A stretch of DNA of 64,000 nucleotides from Spirochaetia bacterium. Its GTDB lineage: Bacteria > Spirochaetota > Spirochaetia > CADAEX01. The stretch covers positions 320,001-384,000 of the forward strand of contig OY759746.1 of the NCBI GenBank assembly GCA_963662795.1. Reading direction: 5' to 3'. Made by a program: the position numbers and the translations under genes. Shown here one piece after another: positions 1 to 12,983 of this stretch. The stretch's first letter is position 1. Each line of letters begins with the position of its first letter. The notes beneath the pieces were generated by a model, which saw only the letters and a list, made by a program, of their open reading frames with translations, did no database searches and was not told where the DNA came from.

Positions 1-117
1 TACATTGTTTTCAGAAGCAATCAACTCAAGATTTTTATTCTGTCTGGTTTTCTCGTTTTGAATCGCTGTCCATACATCCGGGTCGCTTTCTTTCAGCCCT
101 TTTTTAAAAAATTCCAT
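1..117 (-). CDS. glyA: Serine hydroxymethyltransferase, N-terminal part (gene runs off the window start)
   Basis: Manual translation from ATG at 117: MEFFKKGLKESDPDVWTAIQNEKTRQNKNLELIASENNV, which contains the SHMT signature DP..AI..E..RQ...LELIASEN; GGGGG SD upstream. Confidence 0.9.
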   Translation of the reverse strand, partial: MEFFKKGLKESDPDVWTAIQNEKTRQNKNLELIASENNV

Positions 118-300
118 AAATTCCCCCTATTTAATGATCTTTTTAATGACCTTTGCGTTATAAACAATTGTAAGTAAAATCCCAACTGACAGAAAAATAT
201 TACAGAAAACACCTGCAACATTCAAGTGTTATCATGAATCCTGTTTATTACACATAAAAAATGAGTTATCTTATAATTAATACTAAACACGGAGGATTGA

Positions 301-1113
301 ATGCTTGAAAATTTCATTGCTCTAAACCCTGTAATGCAGGCTTTTATTGCAACTCTTTTTACCTGGTCAGTGACAGCTCTCGGAGCCGCGGCTGTTTTTT
401 TCTTTAAGACAATCAACAAAAAAGTGCTTAACGGAATGCTGGGCTTTGCATCAGGCATTATGATTGCAGCCAGTTTCTGGTCGCTTCTTGCACCTGCCAT
501 AGCACTTGCGGAAGAAGTTACAGACACACCGTGGGTACCGGCCGTAGTCGGCTTTCTTTCAGGAGGGCTTTTCCTCTGGCTGGTGGACAAGATTCTGCCC
601 CATGCTCACCCATCCTTTGCCAAAGGAAAAACAGAAGGGATAAAGACCTCTTGGCAGAGAAGCGTGCTGCTCGTCCTTGCAATAACAATTCATAATATTC
701 CGGAAGGTCTTGCAGTCGGAGTGGCCTTCGGGGCGGTAGCAGCCGGTATCCCGTCTGCTACCATAGGAGGAGCAATAGCCCTTGCCATCGGTATAGGACT
801 GCAGAATTTTCCGGAAGGGACTGCTGTCGCGGTTCCCCTCAGAAGGGAGGGATTCAGCAGGTTCAAGGCATTCCAGTACGGGCAGCTTTCAGGAATTGTT
901 GAACCGATAGCAGGAGTACTGGGTGCCCTTGCAGTAATAACAATGAGAGGAATTCTCCCTTATGCGCTCTCATTCGCCGCAGGGGCGATGATCTATGTTG
1001 TTGTAGAAGAGCTGATACCTGAAGCGCAGATAGAAAAACACAGCGATCATGGAACAATCGGGGCAATGCTTGGTTTCGCAGTCATGATGCTGCTTGATGT
1101 AGCCCTTGGCTGA
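301..1113 (+). CDS. ZIP family metal (Zn/Fe/Mn) transporter, ZupT/GufA-like
   Basis: [10 protein letters not shown] and QNFPEG motifs, multiple TM helices, GGAGGA SD. Confidence 0.93.
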   Translation: MLENFIALNPVMQAFIATLFTWSVTALGAAAVFFFKTINKKVLNGMLGFASGIMIAASFWSLLAPAIALAEEVTDTPWVPAVVGFLSGGLFLWLVDKILPHAHPSFAKGKTEGIKTSWQRSVLLVLAITIHNIPEGLAVGVAFGAVAAGIPSATIGGAIALAIGIGLQNFPEGTAVAVPLRREGFSRFKAFQYGQLSGIVEPIAGVLGALAVITMRGILPYALSFAAGAMIYVVVEELIPEAQIEKHSDHGTIGAMLGFAVMMLLDVALG

Positions 1114-1220
1114 TATTCTGATTCTGAAATGCTGCTCAGCCTTTTGGCAAGCTCACAAATAACTGCTTATACCGGCAATACCGGGCAGGAACCGGTACAT
1201 ATGGAGAAAATCAGGTCAGG

Positions 1221-1252
1221 ATAAGGAGGCAGCAATTCCGCAGCCTCCTTAT
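1221..1252. terminator. Hairpin between the convergent ZIP gene and metH, probable terminator
   Basis: ATAAGGAGGC...GCCTCCTTAT inverted repeat. Confidence 0.55.
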
Positions 1253-1269
1253 TGATTTTCATAATCATC

Positions 1270-4200
1270 CTAATATGCAAGAATTGAATTCAGCCATTTT
1301 TCTGTAACTTCAAGGGCCTCATTTTTTCTTTCAGCATAATCCCTGATCTGGTCAAGTGCTATTTTTCCGACACTGAAATATTTGCTTTCGGGATGGGCAA
1401 AGTAATACCCGCAGACCGAAGCTTCCGGCACCATCATCCGGCTGTCTGTAAGGGAAATTCCGGTATTTTTTTCCGCTTCAAGAAGATTAAATATAAGCTC
1501 TTTTTCCCTGTGATCAGGGCATGCCTGGTACCCGGGCGCAGGGCGTATCCCCCTGTATTTTACTTTTAATATTTCTTCTATGGAGAGTCTCTCGTCCGGC
1601 TCATAGGGCCAGTATTCAGTTCTCACCCTGAGATGAAGATATTCTGCAAGAGCCTCCGCAAGACGGTCAGAGAGGGTCTTTACCATGATCCCGAGGTAAT
1701 CATCATCCCCGGCGATCTTTTCAACAGCATTTGCGGCACCGATCCCTCCGGTAACGGCAAATAATCCCAGATAATCTTTAATTTCAGATTCTTCAGGCGG
1801 CAGATAGTCTGAAAGGGAAAGATAATAAGGAATCTGGACCTTCTCTTTCTGCTGCCGGAGACATGGAAGGACAGCCGCTTCCTTATTTCTTTCCTCGCTT
1901 TCAAAAAGGATTATATCATCACCCCTCTGGGCCGCCGGCCAGAACCCGGCTGCCGCATTAAGGGTCAGGAGCCCCTCTTTTTCTATCCTGTCAAGGACCC
2001 TGTTGGCATCATCAAAGAGTTTTTCAGCTTCTGTTCCGACAGCAGGGTCTTTGAATATCTCAGGATATTTTCCCCTGATTTCCCAGGCAAGAAAGAAAAA
2101 CGACCAGTCAATATATTTCCTCACTTCATGAATGGAAAGGTTCTTAAAATACCTGGGCCCCCAAAATGCCGGGGACGGAGGCTGAATAAAATCCGGTCTA
2201 AACCGCTTTTCCCTGACCTCTTGCAAAGAGAGGTACTTCTCATCTTTAAGCTTGATATTCCTTTTAACCCTGGTCTTTTCCATTAATATTTTAAGATCAT
2301 TCTCATAGGATTTCCTCTTTTCCGGGTTCATGAGCTTCTCTACAACTCCTACTGCAAGGGAAGCATCCTTCACATGAATTACAGGGCCTGAATAAGCCGG
2401 ATCAATTTTCACTGCAGTGTGAATAAGGGAGGTTGTGGCACCGCCCACTAAAAGGGGTATCGTCATACCCCTTTTTTCCATCATGGCTGCCACATTTACC
2501 ATCTCGTCAAGGCTCGGGGTTATAAGTCCGGAAAGGCCTATGATATCTGCGCCTGTTTCTTCCGCCCTATCAAGTATGGATTCACCCGGAACCATTACTC
2601 CCATGTCTTCTATTTCATAGTTATTGCACTGGAGCACAACTCCCGCAATATTCTTGCCTATGTCGTGGACATCTCCCTTGACTGTCGCCATAATAATCTT
2701 TCCGTTGCTGACCGATTCCCCATCCTTCTTTTCCGCTTCAATAAACGGGAGGAGCCAGGCAACTGATGCTTTCATGACTCGTGCACTTTTAACAACCTGC
2801 GGCAGAAACATCTTTCCTGAACCGAACAATTCTCCAACCCTGTTCATTCCATCCATAAGAGCCCCTTCTATTACATCCAGGGCGCGGGAGGATTTTTTTC
2901 TGCATTCCTCGGTATCTTCAATGATAAATTTTGTAAGCCCTTTCACAAGTGCGTGAGAAAGTCTCTCTTCCACTGTGCCGGAACGCCATTCTTCATTGCC
3001 TGCCCCTCCGGCGCCTGATTTTCCCTCTTTATTTTCCACCAGCTCTGATGCAAGTTCGACAAGTCTTTCTGCGCCGTCTTCCCTTCTGTTAAGAAGTACA
3101 TCCTCTACAGCTGAAAGCAGCTCCTGTTCAATTTCATCATAGACAGTCAGTTGTCCGGGATTCACGATTCCCATGTCCATTCCCGCTTTAACCGCATGAT
3201 AGAGAAATACGGAATGGAAAGCCTCCCTGATATGATTATTACCGCGGAAAGAAAATGAAACATTACTCACGCCCCCTGAGATAAGAGTTCCCGGCATCCT
3301 TTTCTTTATCTCTTTAACTGCAGAAATAAAATCAACTCCGTAATTTGCATGTTCAGCAATACCGGTGCCTACGGCAAAAATATTTGGATCAAATATTATG
3401 TCGGAAGCCTTGAATCCTCCCTTTTCTGTAAGAAGTTTATAGCCCCGCTCACAGATACTCACCTTCCGTTCAAGACTGTCAGCCTGCCCTTCCTCATCAA
3501 AGGCCATGAAAATAACAGCTGCCCCGAATTTACGCACTTCACGTGCCTGATACAGGAACTTTTCCTCCCCCTCTTTGAGACTTATCGAGTTGACTATGGA
3601 TTTCCCCTGAACGCATTTAAGTCCTGAGAGGATTACTTCCCACTTTGATGAGTCGATCATTACAGGAACTCTGGAAATATCAGGTTCTCCTGAAAGAAGC
3701 TTTAGAAAATTATCCATCTCCCATGCCGAATCAAGCATGGCCTCGTCCATATTTACATCAATAATCTGGGCGCCGTTTTCAACCTGCTCCCGTGCTATTT
3801 CCAGGGCCTCCTCGTATTTACGGCCCATAATTAATTTTTTAAACCGGGCAGAACCTGTAACATTGGTCCTTTCCCCCACATTAACAAAAAGCGAATCTTC
3901 TTTTACTATGCAGGGTTCAAGACCGCTGAAAGCTGAATACGTTTTCTGTTCAGGTATTACTCTCGGCTTTTTACCGGAAACAGCCGAGGCTATAGCTGCA
4001 ATATGCTCAGGCATTGATCCGCAGCAGCCGCCGACGATATTTACAAGCCCTTCTTCTGCAAAACCCCTGATTATACCTGCCATAAACTCAGGGCTGTCAT
4101 CATATTCTCCAAGTTCATTGGGAAGGCCGGCATTCGGATGGGTTGAAACTCCGCACACGGCAGCCGCTGAAAGTTCTCTTAAGTATCGGCCCATGGCGTC

Positions 4201-4956
4201 TGCCCCGAGAGCGCAGTTCAATCCCACTGTCACAGCCCCGCTGTGCGCAACAGAATGATAGAAGGCTTCGGTGGTCTGTCCTGAAAGTGTTCTCCCGCTC
4301 GCATCTGTTATTGTTCCCGAGATCATCACGGGAAAATCAAGGCCTGTATTCTCCCTGAAGGAAAGAATTGCGTATATGGCGGCTTTTGCATTGAGTGTAT
4401 CAAATATGGTTTCTACCATAATCACGTCCGCACCACCTTCAATCAGACCGGAAAGAGCTTCGGCGTAGACATCCTTTAAGCGGTCAAATGTTACGGCCCT
4501 GTATTCCGGTCTGTTAACATCAGGTGAGATCGAAAGGGTTTTATTTGTCGGTCCCAGAATGCCTATCACATACCGCTGTTTTTCTGATGTCGAATATTTC
4601 TCAGCTGCCCTGCGCGCAATTACAGCAGAAGTTTTATTTAATTCCGTAACCAGAGATTCTGTTCCGTAGTCTCCCTGGGAAATCGAATTTGCGTTAAAAG
4701 TATTTGTTTCTATAAAGTCAGCCCCGGAGATAAGAAAGCGTTCGTGTATATCGGTTATTATGTCGGGGCGGGTAAGAGAAAGTATTTCATTGTTACCGGC
4801 AAGGGGTTTTGGGTGATCAGGAAACCTGCTCCCCCTGAAATCCTCCTCAAGGAGCTTATAGGTCTGTATAGTCGAGCCCATCGCCCCGTCAAGGATGAGA
4901 ATTCTTTCGCTCATCAGGTTTTTAAAATCTTTACTTGTAAGTCTGTTTTTAACCAT
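1270..4956 (-). CDS. metH: Cobalamin-dependent methionine synthase
   Basis: [29 protein letters not shown]12-binding DVHDIGKN and C-terminal SAM-activation domain (GIRPAPGY); likely start ATG 4956 (ORF track starts at GTG 4977). Confidence 0.97.
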   Translation of the reverse strand: MVKNRLTSKDFKNLMSERILILDGAMGSTIQTYKLLEEDFRGSRFPDHPKPLAGNNEILSLTRPDIITDIHERFLISGADFIETNTFNANSISQGDYGTESLVTELNKTSAVIARRAAEKYSTSEKQRYVIGILGPTNKTLSISPDVNRPEYRAVTFDRLKDVYAEALSGLIEGGADVIMVETIFDTLNAKAAIYAILSFRENTGLDFPVMISGTITDASGRTLSGQTTEAFYHSVAHSGAVTVGLNCALGADAMGRYLRELSAAAVCGVSTHPNAGLPNELGEYDDSPEFMAGIIRGFAEEGLVNIVGGCCGSMPEHIAAIASAVSGKKPRVIPEQKTYSAFSGLEPCIVKEDSLFVNVGERTNVTGSARFKKLIMGRKYEEALEIAREQVENGAQIIDVNMDEAMLDSAWEMDNFLKLLSGEPDISRVPVMIDSSKWEVILSGLKCVQGKSIVNSISLKEGEEKFLYQAREVRKFGAAVIFMAFDEEGQADSLERKVSICERGYKLLTEKGGFKASDIIFDPNIFAVGTGIAEHANYGVDFISAVKEIKKRMPGTLISGGVSNVSFSFRGNNHIREAFHSVFLYHAVKAGMDMGIVNPGQLTVYDEIEQELLSAVEDVLLNRREDGAERLVELASELVENKEGKSGAGGAGNEEWRSGTVEERLSHALVKGLTKFIIEDTEECRKKSSRALDVIEGALMDGMNRVGELFGSGKMFLPQVVKSARVMKASVAWLLPFIEAEKKDGESVSNGKIIMATVKGDVHDIGKNIAGVVLQCNNYEIEDMGVMVPGESILDRAEETGADIIGLSGLITPSLDEMVNVAAMMEKRGMTIPLLVGGATTSLIHTAVKIDPAYSGPVIHVKDASLAVGVVEKLMNPEKRKSYENDLKILMEKTRVKRNIKLKDEKYLSLQEVREKRFRPDFIQPPSPAFWGPRYFKNLSIHEVRKYIDWSFFFLAWEIRGKYPEIFKDPAVGTEAEKLFDDANRVLDRIEKEGLLTLNAAAGFWPAAQRGDDIILFESEERNKEAAVLPCLRQQKEKVQIPYYLSLSDYLPPEESEIKDYLGLFAVTGGIGAANAVEKIAGDDDYLGIMVKTLSDRLAEALAEYLHLRVRTEYWPYEPDERLSIEEILKVKYRGIRPAPGYQACPDHREKELIFNLLEAEKNTGISLTDSRMMVPEASVCGYYFAHPESKYFSVGKIALDQIRDYAERKNEALEVTEKWLNSILAY

Positions 4957-5127
4957 TTTTACCCCCCGGTGATTCACCCTTTCGTTTCAGGATGTAATCA
5001 GTGTCCTGCTCATTAATGAAGTTTATTACATTTATAAAGTTCCTGCATTTTTCAGCAAGGGAATATACCCCCTTCGGAGGACTTTCACTTAAGGGGAAAT
5101 GCGCCCCTGTCAGGGGTTCATCAAAAG

Positions 5128-5159
5128 AAAAAGGCTTCCCCGTCTGGAAAGCCTTTTTG
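5128..5159 (-). terminator. Intrinsic terminator after secF
   Basis: AAAAAGGCTT-CC...GG-AAAGCCTTTTT inverted repeat with flanking A/T runs. Confidence 0.75.
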
Positions 5160-5186
5160 TATTCATCAAAAGAAGTCCGTTTCATG

Positions 5187-6551
5187 TCATTTTTTTGATG
5201 ATCTTTTTTTCCCTGTTTTTTTAGTCCTCGACGGAGCAGATAATGCTGCGGGCTTTGCAGGTATTGGTTTTTCTTCTTTAGAAACGGGAGCAGATTCTCC
5301 CTTGGCATCATGAGAAACCTGTTTATCCACATACTTTTTCTCTGCTGCGTCAACCTTTCTTTTTTTAACAGTATTTACCCATCCGAGGAGGATCGGGGAA
5401 GCAATAAAAATCGAAGAGTAGGTTCCGACTATAATACCTACAATCAGGTTAAGGGCGAATATTTTAATCATGCCTGAACCGAAGAGATAAATTGCAAGAA
5501 CTGCCAGAAGAGTCGTAAGTGATGTGATAAGCGTTCTGCTGAGGGATTGTGTAATACTTATGTTTATTACCTTTACAAAATCCTTGTCACGGAGAAGGCC
5601 CTGATTTTCCCTTATCCTGTCGAAAATTACGATTGTGTCATTAAGTGAATAACCAATTATAGTAAGAACAGCCGCGATTGTCGCTGTATTTACCTCTATC
5701 CTGAATGTTCCGATAACACCTATCATTACACATACATCGTGAACCAGGGCAGCTATCGCTGAAACAGCGTAGGCAAGCCTGAACCGGAACCAGATATAGG
5801 CAAGTATAAGAAGAAGGGCAAAGCCTGTGAGATACGCAGACTGAAATCCTATTGATTTTGAAAATTTAGGACCTACATAGTCGCTCTGTTTGATGACAAT
5901 ATTTGATGTGCCGAATTTATTCTCAAGCAGTTTAACAATGCTGTTCGACGCTTTTGTATTAAAATCCTTTTCGCCTTCCTTATCCTGCATCCTGACGATG
6001 AATTCCTGGTTTACCTCGTTTCCGACTGTTTGTATCTGAACTGTACCGAGTGTTGACAGGGCTTCCCTGATGTCAGCTATATCGACGTATTTATTCTGAT
6101 CAGTATTCCGGCAGTTAAGCGTTACACCTTCAGGTGTTAAATCTGATTCATAATTAAGGCCTAAAATTGAAACAGCAGAACGCGCTCCGCTGCCCATAAT
6201 CTCTACTGATATGTCTTCAATTGATGAGACTGCAGAAGCAAGATCTGAAACATCCGGATATTCGGCAAGAATAAATGCTTTTTCCTCTTTTACAAGACCG
6301 CCATCGCGGAAAACGTTTACCTGCAAAGTTCCTTCACTGATATTTATAACAGCCCTGTCGCTGCCTGTATATGAAACCTGCAGGGACTTTTCAGCGATCT
6401 GAACCCTCATGTCAACACCTGAGAGAAAGTCTATGCCGAGATTAAAACCGCCGTTAACTGCAATACCGGTAAAACCCCCGATAATCATTATCAGGGAGAG
6501 AATTATCATCGGTATTTTAACTTTGGTGAATTGAATTATCTTTTCGCTCAT
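5187..6551 (-). CDS. secF: Protein translocase subunit SecF
   Basis: GIDFLSG, VGP, HDV and IGYSLNDTIVIFDRIRE motifs; overlaps the secD stop. Confidence 0.96.
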   Translation of the reverse strand: MSEKIIQFTKVKIPMIILSLIMIIGGFTGIAVNGGFNLGIDFLSGVDMRVQIAEKSLQVSYTGSDRAVINISEGTLQVNVFRDGGLVKEEKAFILAEYPDVSDLASAVSSIEDISVEIMGSGARSAVSILGLNYESDLTPEGVTLNCRNTDQNKYVDIADIREALSTLGTVQIQTVGNEVNQEFIVRMQDKEGEKDFNTKASNSIVKLLENKFGTSNIVIKQSDYVGPKFSKSIGFQSAYLTGFALLLILAYIWFRFRLAYAVSAIAALVHDVCVMIGVIGTFRIEVNTATIAAVLTIIGYSLNDTIVIFDRIRENQGLLRDKDFVKVINISITQSLSRTLITSLTTLLAVLAIYLFGSGMIKIFALNLIVGIIVGTYSSIFIASPILLGWVNTVKKRKVDAAEKKYVDKQVSHDAKGESAPVSKEEKPIPAKPAALSAPSRTKKTGKKRSSKK

Positions 6552-8281
6552 TTAATCCTCCAGCTGATGCTCAACTTTTTCTTTCCGGAAAAACTCAAAG
6601 CCATGTCAAAGAGCAGTCTTGATACAAACAGTGCTGTAAACATGGAGCTCACAATACCTACTGCGAGGGTATAGGCAAATCCCTGTATAGGCCCTGTTCC
6701 AAGCTGTGAAAGGAAAATCGCAGCAATAAATGTGGTAAGGTTTGAGTCCATGATAGTCCAGAATGCTTTCTTGTAACCTGCGTTGACGGAAGCCTCGGCT
6801 GTTTTGCCAAGTCTGTATTCTTCCTTGATTCTTTCAAATATAATTACGTTAGCGTCAACCGCCATACCTACAGTAAGGATAAGGCCGGCAATGCTTGTCA
6901 TGGTCAGTGTAAGATTAAAAGCGGAAAGTATCGCTATCATCAGATAAAGGTTCATAAAAAGAGCAATATTGGCTATAATGCCCGCTCCCTTGTAGTAGAT
7001 AAGCATAAATACCACAACAAGAATAAAACCAAGGGTTATTGCCCTGATACCGACCCGGATCGAATCCGCTCCAAGGGAAGCGCCTACTGCCTGCTGATTA
7101 TCGATTTTAAGATCAACCGGAAGCGCCGCGGTTCTAAGGACAAGCGCAAGGTCCGAAGCTTCCTGCCTGTCAAAGCCTGTCATCCTTACCTGTCCGGACG
7201 GGATCGGTTCCTGAATTACAGCGCCTGCCTTAACCCTGTCATCAAGCACAATAGCCATTGTTTTTTCCGTATTGGCAGATGTCAGCTTAAAGAAGATGTC
7301 AGCGCCTTCCTTGTCCAGTGTGAAATTGATTATCGGTTTTCCTGTTATGGGATCGTTTCCGACCTGGGCGTTTACTATATGAGTTCCGTCAAGACCTTTT
7401 TCTTCCCTTATGGCAATATATCTCTGTACCCTGTCAATTCCGTATTCATCCTTCTGTACAAATTCCCTCGCAACAGTTCCGGGAGGAAGTACTGCAGGGT
7501 CAAAAGGCTGATTATTATCCGGCCTTAAAGCCTTACCCCTGTTTTCACTGATATACTTCTGAAGAGAGGTTGTCGCCTCATCGTCTACTATATGAAAATT
7601 AAGGCTCCCCTTACCCATAAGGAAGGTATTTACCCTTTCAGGGTCGGCAGCACCGGGTATTTCAATATATATTGAATCATCACCCTGTCTTCTTATCTGG
7701 GGTTCTGTAACGCCGAACTTGTCAATCCTGTTGTTAAGGATTTCCATAGCCCGGTCGATTGCCGCCCCTTTCTCATCCGCAGTAGGAGTATGTCCAAGTC
7801 TTTCGCCGAGACTGTCTATATCAGCCTGAAGGAGAACACTCATGCCTCCCGAAAGGTCAAGTCCAAGCTGGAGTATTCCCTTGCTGGTCTCCTTTCTGTC
7901 GAGGATTTCCTTTCTGTAGTGGGATTCGAGAAGATTGAATGTATTATCCTCTGTTTTGAGGCTTTTTAAGAGCTCATCAAGAGTCCATTCCTTTGGAGAT
8001 GCTTTTTTTGCCAGTTTATAATTTTCCTTTGCAGTATCCACAAGAAAATCATATTCGGCAGGGACTATCATTGCACGGTCTTTAACTGCCAGTTCTTTTA
8101 TTTTATCAAGTTCTCTGGCTGCTTTACTTAGGGCATAGGTTCGTATCTGTTCTTTTGACCCGGAAGCTATTTCTTTGACATCAGCCGGCACCCTGAAGTA
8201 CCAGTTATACGTAGAATAAAGAAAAACTCCGGCAACGACCAATACCAAAAGTATAACAAAAAATCTATAACGTTTGCTCAT
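6548..8281 (-). CDS. secD: Protein translocase subunit SecD
   Basis: LGLDLSGG, RIDKFGVTEP and GMAVDANVIIFERIKEE motifs. Confidence 0.97.
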   Translation of the reverse strand: MSKRYRFFVILLVLVVAGVFLYSTYNWYFRVPADVKEIASGSKEQIRTYALSKAARELDKIKELAVKDRAMIVPAEYDFLVDTAKENYKLAKKASPKEWTLDELLKSLKTEDNTFNLLESHYRKEILDRKETSKGILQLGLDLSGGMSVLLQADIDSLGERLGHTPTADEKGAAIDRAMEILNNRIDKFGVTEPQIRRQGDDSIYIEIPGAADPERVNTFLMGKGSLNFHIVDDEATTSLQKYISENRGKALRPDNNQPFDPAVLPPGTVAREFVQKDEYGIDRVQRYIAIREEKGLDGTHIVNAQVGNDPITGKPIINFTLDKEGADIFFKLTSANTEKTMAIVLDDRVKAGAVIQEPIPSGQVRMTGFDRQEASDLALVLRTAALPVDLKIDNQQAVGASLGADSIRVGIRAITLGFILVVVFMLIYYKGAGIIANIALFMNLYLMIAILSAFNLTLTMTSIAGLILTVGMAVDANVIIFERIKEEYRLGKTAEASVNAGYKKAFWTIMDSNLTTFIAAIFLSQLGTGPIQGFAYTLAVGIVSSMFTALFVSRLLFDMALSFSGKKKLSISWRIK

Positions 8282-8307
8282 TTAGTTACTCCGGTTGTCA
8301 AACTCTT

Positions 8308-8670
8308 TTATTTGCTTTTTTCTTCAGCCGCAGATGCGTCTGATTTATCACCTTTTGGTTCATGTTTTTCAAGTACTGTTGCTACAGCGCTTTTTGTAAA
8401 CTCAATCTTGGTATTGTCATCGACTTTTACAACAATTGTAGTTTCTTTTACTGCCTGAACTACACCTCTTATTCCGCCGATTGTTACAATTTTATCGAAT
8501 TTTTTGATCTCGCTGATCATTTTCTGGGTTTCTTTCTGTTTTTTATTCTGCGGCCTGATTATAAAAAAATAGAATACAGCAATAACTGCACCAAAAGTGA
8601 GAAATGTTGTAGCCATTGATCCGCCGGCACCTGCCTGAAGGACAGGAAGACTACTGGTAAAGCTAATCAT
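8308..8670 (-). CDS. yajC: Preprotein translocase subunit YajC
   Basis: FYFFIIRPQNKKQK and VTIGGIRG motifs; lies upstream of secD. Confidence 0.95.
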   Translation of the reverse strand: MISFTSSLPVLQAGAGGSMATTFLTFGAVIAVFYFFIIRPQNKKQKETQKMISEIKKFDKIVTIGGIRGVVQAVKETTIVVKVDDNTKIEFTKSAVATVLEKHEPKGDKSDASAAEEKSK

Positions 8671-8782
8671 AATAACTTCCTTTGTTTGAATATTTTATTT
8701 AAAAATTACAGAAAAAGTTACCATACTATCGCAGCAGTAGTCAAGAACGCATATTAAATGCAGAACCGGAGGTACTGCCGGA

Positions 8783-9076
8783 TTATATTTGAACTGTTTT
8801 TGTTATTTCTTCCGGCAGCCTGTGAACGCCAAGAACAAGTTGGAGCTGATCAATACTTGCCAGGGGTTTATCTGTTGATAAATTATATTTTTCCAGCACT
8901 GCTTTAAACTCTTCATTATTTTTCGAGTAGATTGCGGAACAGAGTGCAGGTTTGAAAAACCCTTCCTCAAGAAGCTGTGCAGTTGTATAAGAGCTGTATT
9001 TTTTTTTCGCCTTGCTGTCTACAACAGCAGAATCTCCGTCATATCCGATAGTAAAAATAAAATCTTCCCTTTTCAT
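8783..9076 (-). CDS. Small hypothetical protein
   Basis: Clean ORF between groEL and yajC, SD-like AAGGG before ATG 9076; no recognised motif. Confidence 0.7.
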   Translation of the reverse strand: MKREDFIFTIGYDGDSAVVDSKAKKKYSSYTTAQLLEEGFFKPALCSAIYSKNNEEFKAVLEKYNLSTDKPLASIDQLQLVLGVHRLPEEITKTVQI

Positions 9077-9133
9077 AAGCAAATACCCTTAATACACCTT
9101 GAAAATGCAGCAGTAAAACTGCCGCGTAATATC

Positions 9134-9173
9134 AAAAAAAGGGGAAAGTCCCTCAAAGAGAACATTTCCCCTC
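9134..9173 (-). terminator. Intrinsic terminator of groEL
   Basis: AGGGGAAA...TTTCCCCT hairpin followed by a T-run on the minus strand. Confidence 0.7.
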
Positions 9174-9193
9174 TATTGTCCGATATGAGGGAA

Positions 9194-10894
<1,701 letters not shown>

Positions 10895-10980
10895 TTATCA
10901 CTAAAGAAGATACAAATTCTTTTTCAAATCATCAACAATTAATTTTCGGATTTTTTATTTTTTTATCATCCTGTCCATGA

Positions 10981-11760
10981 TTATCTGCATAAAACCTCTC
11001 CGCTGTAGACATGCCGCATCCTGCCGCTCCCTTTTTCCATTATAACAAGCTCTCCGTCATCTCCGAGTCCCGAGATAACACCCTCAATCCTTTTACCGCT
11101 TTCAGGAAGCCCGTCGCACAGGAGGACATTCTCCCCCTTCATGAAAAGCTTTTCTTCCACAACGCTTCTCCAGGTATTGCTGTTCCAGTTTTCCTTCATA
11201 AAAGAAAGAAGCCCTTCAAGTGTCCGGAGAAGATCAGGCTTTTCACCTGTTATTTCACTTATGGAGATAATCCTGTTTCCGGCAATTTCCTTTTCCGCAA
11301 AAGTCCCGCAGTTTAAGCCTATGCCGCACAATATATAACCCGAGCTGTTTTCGCACAGAATTCCGGATATCTTTCTCCTGTCAAAAAGCACATCATTCGG
11401 CCATTTGATCCTTGATTTAATACCGTATTCAGATTCAAGATATCCTGATACAGAAAAACCGGCAAAAAGAGGAAGAAATGCAGGAGGGAACTTAAGATCA
11501 TCATTTCTTATCAGCATGGTGAACATCAGGCTTTCATCCCTGGCCGATATCCACTTTCTCCCGGCTACCCTTCCTCTGCCGGCTGTCTGCTCGGATGCTG
11601 TGACAAGAGTTCCGGTCGGCGGATTTGACGGGATCAGGCCCCTTGCGTCATTCATCGTGGAATCTGTTGTTTCCTTATAGTAAATTTCAGCCTTTTCGGG
11701 TCCGCTTCCGCGTCCTGCCGGCTGTCTGCTGAATGGGTTATCTATGTTCAGTATCTGCAT
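10981..11760 (-). CDS. birA: Biotin--[acetyl-CoA-carboxylase] ligase (no HTH domain)
   Basis: STMN, QTAGRGR, KWPND and KISGILCE motifs. Confidence 0.92.
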   Translation of the reverse strand: MQILNIDNPFSRQPAGRGSGPEKAEIYYKETTDSTMNDARGLIPSNPPTGTLVTASEQTAGRGRVAGRKWISARDESLMFTMLIRNDDLKFPPAFLPLFAGFSVSGYLESEYGIKSRIKWPNDVLFDRRKISGILCENSSGYILCGIGLNCGTFAEKEIAGNRIISISEITGEKPDLLRTLEGLLSFMKENWNSNTWRSVVEEKLFMKGENVLLCDGLPESGKRIEGVISGLGDDGELVIMEKGSGRMRHVYSGEVLCR

Positions 11761-12845
11761 ATTATCCCCCCCCCAAGTACAAGATCATCTTTATAAAAAA
11801 CTGCTGACTGCCCCGGGGTTATAACCTTTGCGTCAGACAGGACAACCTTTGCGCGAGCGCTGTCCGGCAGGACTTCAACCTCGCACGGAGTTTCCGATGA
11901 ATTGTATCTTATAACAACGCTGCAGCTGATTTTACCGTTTTCAGGAACCGGGATGAACCAGTTTGTTTTTTCAATATAAAACTCTCCCCTTCCCTGCTCA
12001 TCTTCCCGGCCCACTACGACTGTATTTGTGCTGCTGTCTACCGATATCACATACCAGGGGCCGTCTGAAAGGGAAAGCCCTTTCCTTTGCCCGACAGTAT
12101 AGTAGACATACCCCTTATGCCTGCCCAGATAATTGCCATAAGTATCCACTATGCGCCCCGGCTTGACCTTTAAAAGGGAGGGTGGAGCATTTTCCCCTAT
12201 GAAATCGCCGTATTCGCCTTCTATAAAACAGATATCCTGGCTTTCCTTTACAGAATCAAACGAATATCCAAGGGCAGAGGCTTCCGTGGCAAGCTCTTTT
12301 TTGATTATCCCTCCCATCGGGAAAACGCACCTCTTCAGTATTTCCCCGGGCAGACGGTAAAGCATATAGCTCTGGTCCTTGATCCTGTCAGCGGCGCGCA
12401 TCAGCATAAGATTTTCGTCTTTTTCAAAAAGCCTCACATAGTGGCCTGTGGCGAAAAAAATATCTTCCCCGGCAGCCGCTTTTCCCTCTTCAATGAGACG
12501 CTTTACAACAGCATCATAAAACCAGGTGAATTTAATATTCTCATTGCAGATTACACATGGGTTGGGAGTCTCTCCTCCGGCATAGCTTTCAATAAAATTA
12601 TCTATGACACATCCGGCGAAAGCTTTTTTTGCGTCTATAATATAGAAAGTGATTTTCTCACTTCGGCAGAGCTGTGCAGCCCTTTCAAGCACTTCCGGAC
12701 TGCTTGATTTTACGCCGTCATACACAACGTGGTTTGCGGCTATTATATTATTCCATCCATCCTCTTTAAGCTTTCTTATAGCCATCCCGGAGTCTATTCC
12801 GCCGCTTAAGGCAAGGATTATTTTACTGTCTTTTGTACGTTTCAA
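11748..12845 (-). CDS. mnmA: tRNA 2-thiouridine(34) synthase MnmA
   Basis: SGGIDS, PNPCVICN, ATGHY, KDQSYML, ESQDICF and TPGQSAVFY motifs; likely TTG start at 12845 after GGAG. Confidence 0.95.
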   Translation of the reverse strand: MKRTKDSKIILALSGGIDSGMAIRKLKEDGWNNIIAANHVVYDGVKSSSPEVLERAAQLCRSEKITFYIIDAKKAFAGCVIDNFIESYAGGETPNPCVICNENIKFTWFYDAVVKRLIEEGKAAAGEDIFFATGHYVRLFEKDENLMLMRAADRIKDQSYMLYRLPGEILKRCVFPMGGIIKKELATEASALGYSFDSVKESQDICFIEGEYGDFIGENAPPSLLKVKPGRIVDTYGNYLGRHKGYVYYTVGQRKGLSLSDGPWYVISVDSSTNTVVVGREDEQGRGEFYIEKTNWFIPVPENGKISCSVVIRYNSSETPCEVEVLPDSARAKVVLSDAKVITPGQSAVFYKDDLVLGGGIICRY

Positions 12846-12939
12846 TGCATTTCTCCGTTTATACTGTCCGGAAATAAGACGCAAATCCGGCATGTAAAAA
12901 ATATTTTTCTGAATTCCTGTAAATTCTTATCCTCCACTT

Positions 12940-12978
12940 ATTGCATATATATACGTTTTTAGAGTATATTTATACGCA
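12940..12978 (+). promoter_or_regulatory. Tandem ARG boxes overlapping the argR promoter
   Basis: Two 18-bp imperfect palindromes, ATTGCATATATATACGTT and AGAGTATATTTATACGCA, 3 bp apart (canonical ArgR operator spacing), overlapping TTGCAT/TATATT promoter elements. Confidence 0.75.
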
Positions 12979-12983
12979 ACAGT

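Noticed and set aside
118-300. ZTP riboswitch before glyA or Zur/Fur box before the ZIP gene
   Set aside because: AT-rich sequence with no recognisable aptamer core or clear palindrome.
4965-5020. Hammerhead ribozyme in the metH leader
   Set aside because: The core reads UUAAUGA rather than CUGANGA, and stem III lacks the required A-U pair and NUH site.
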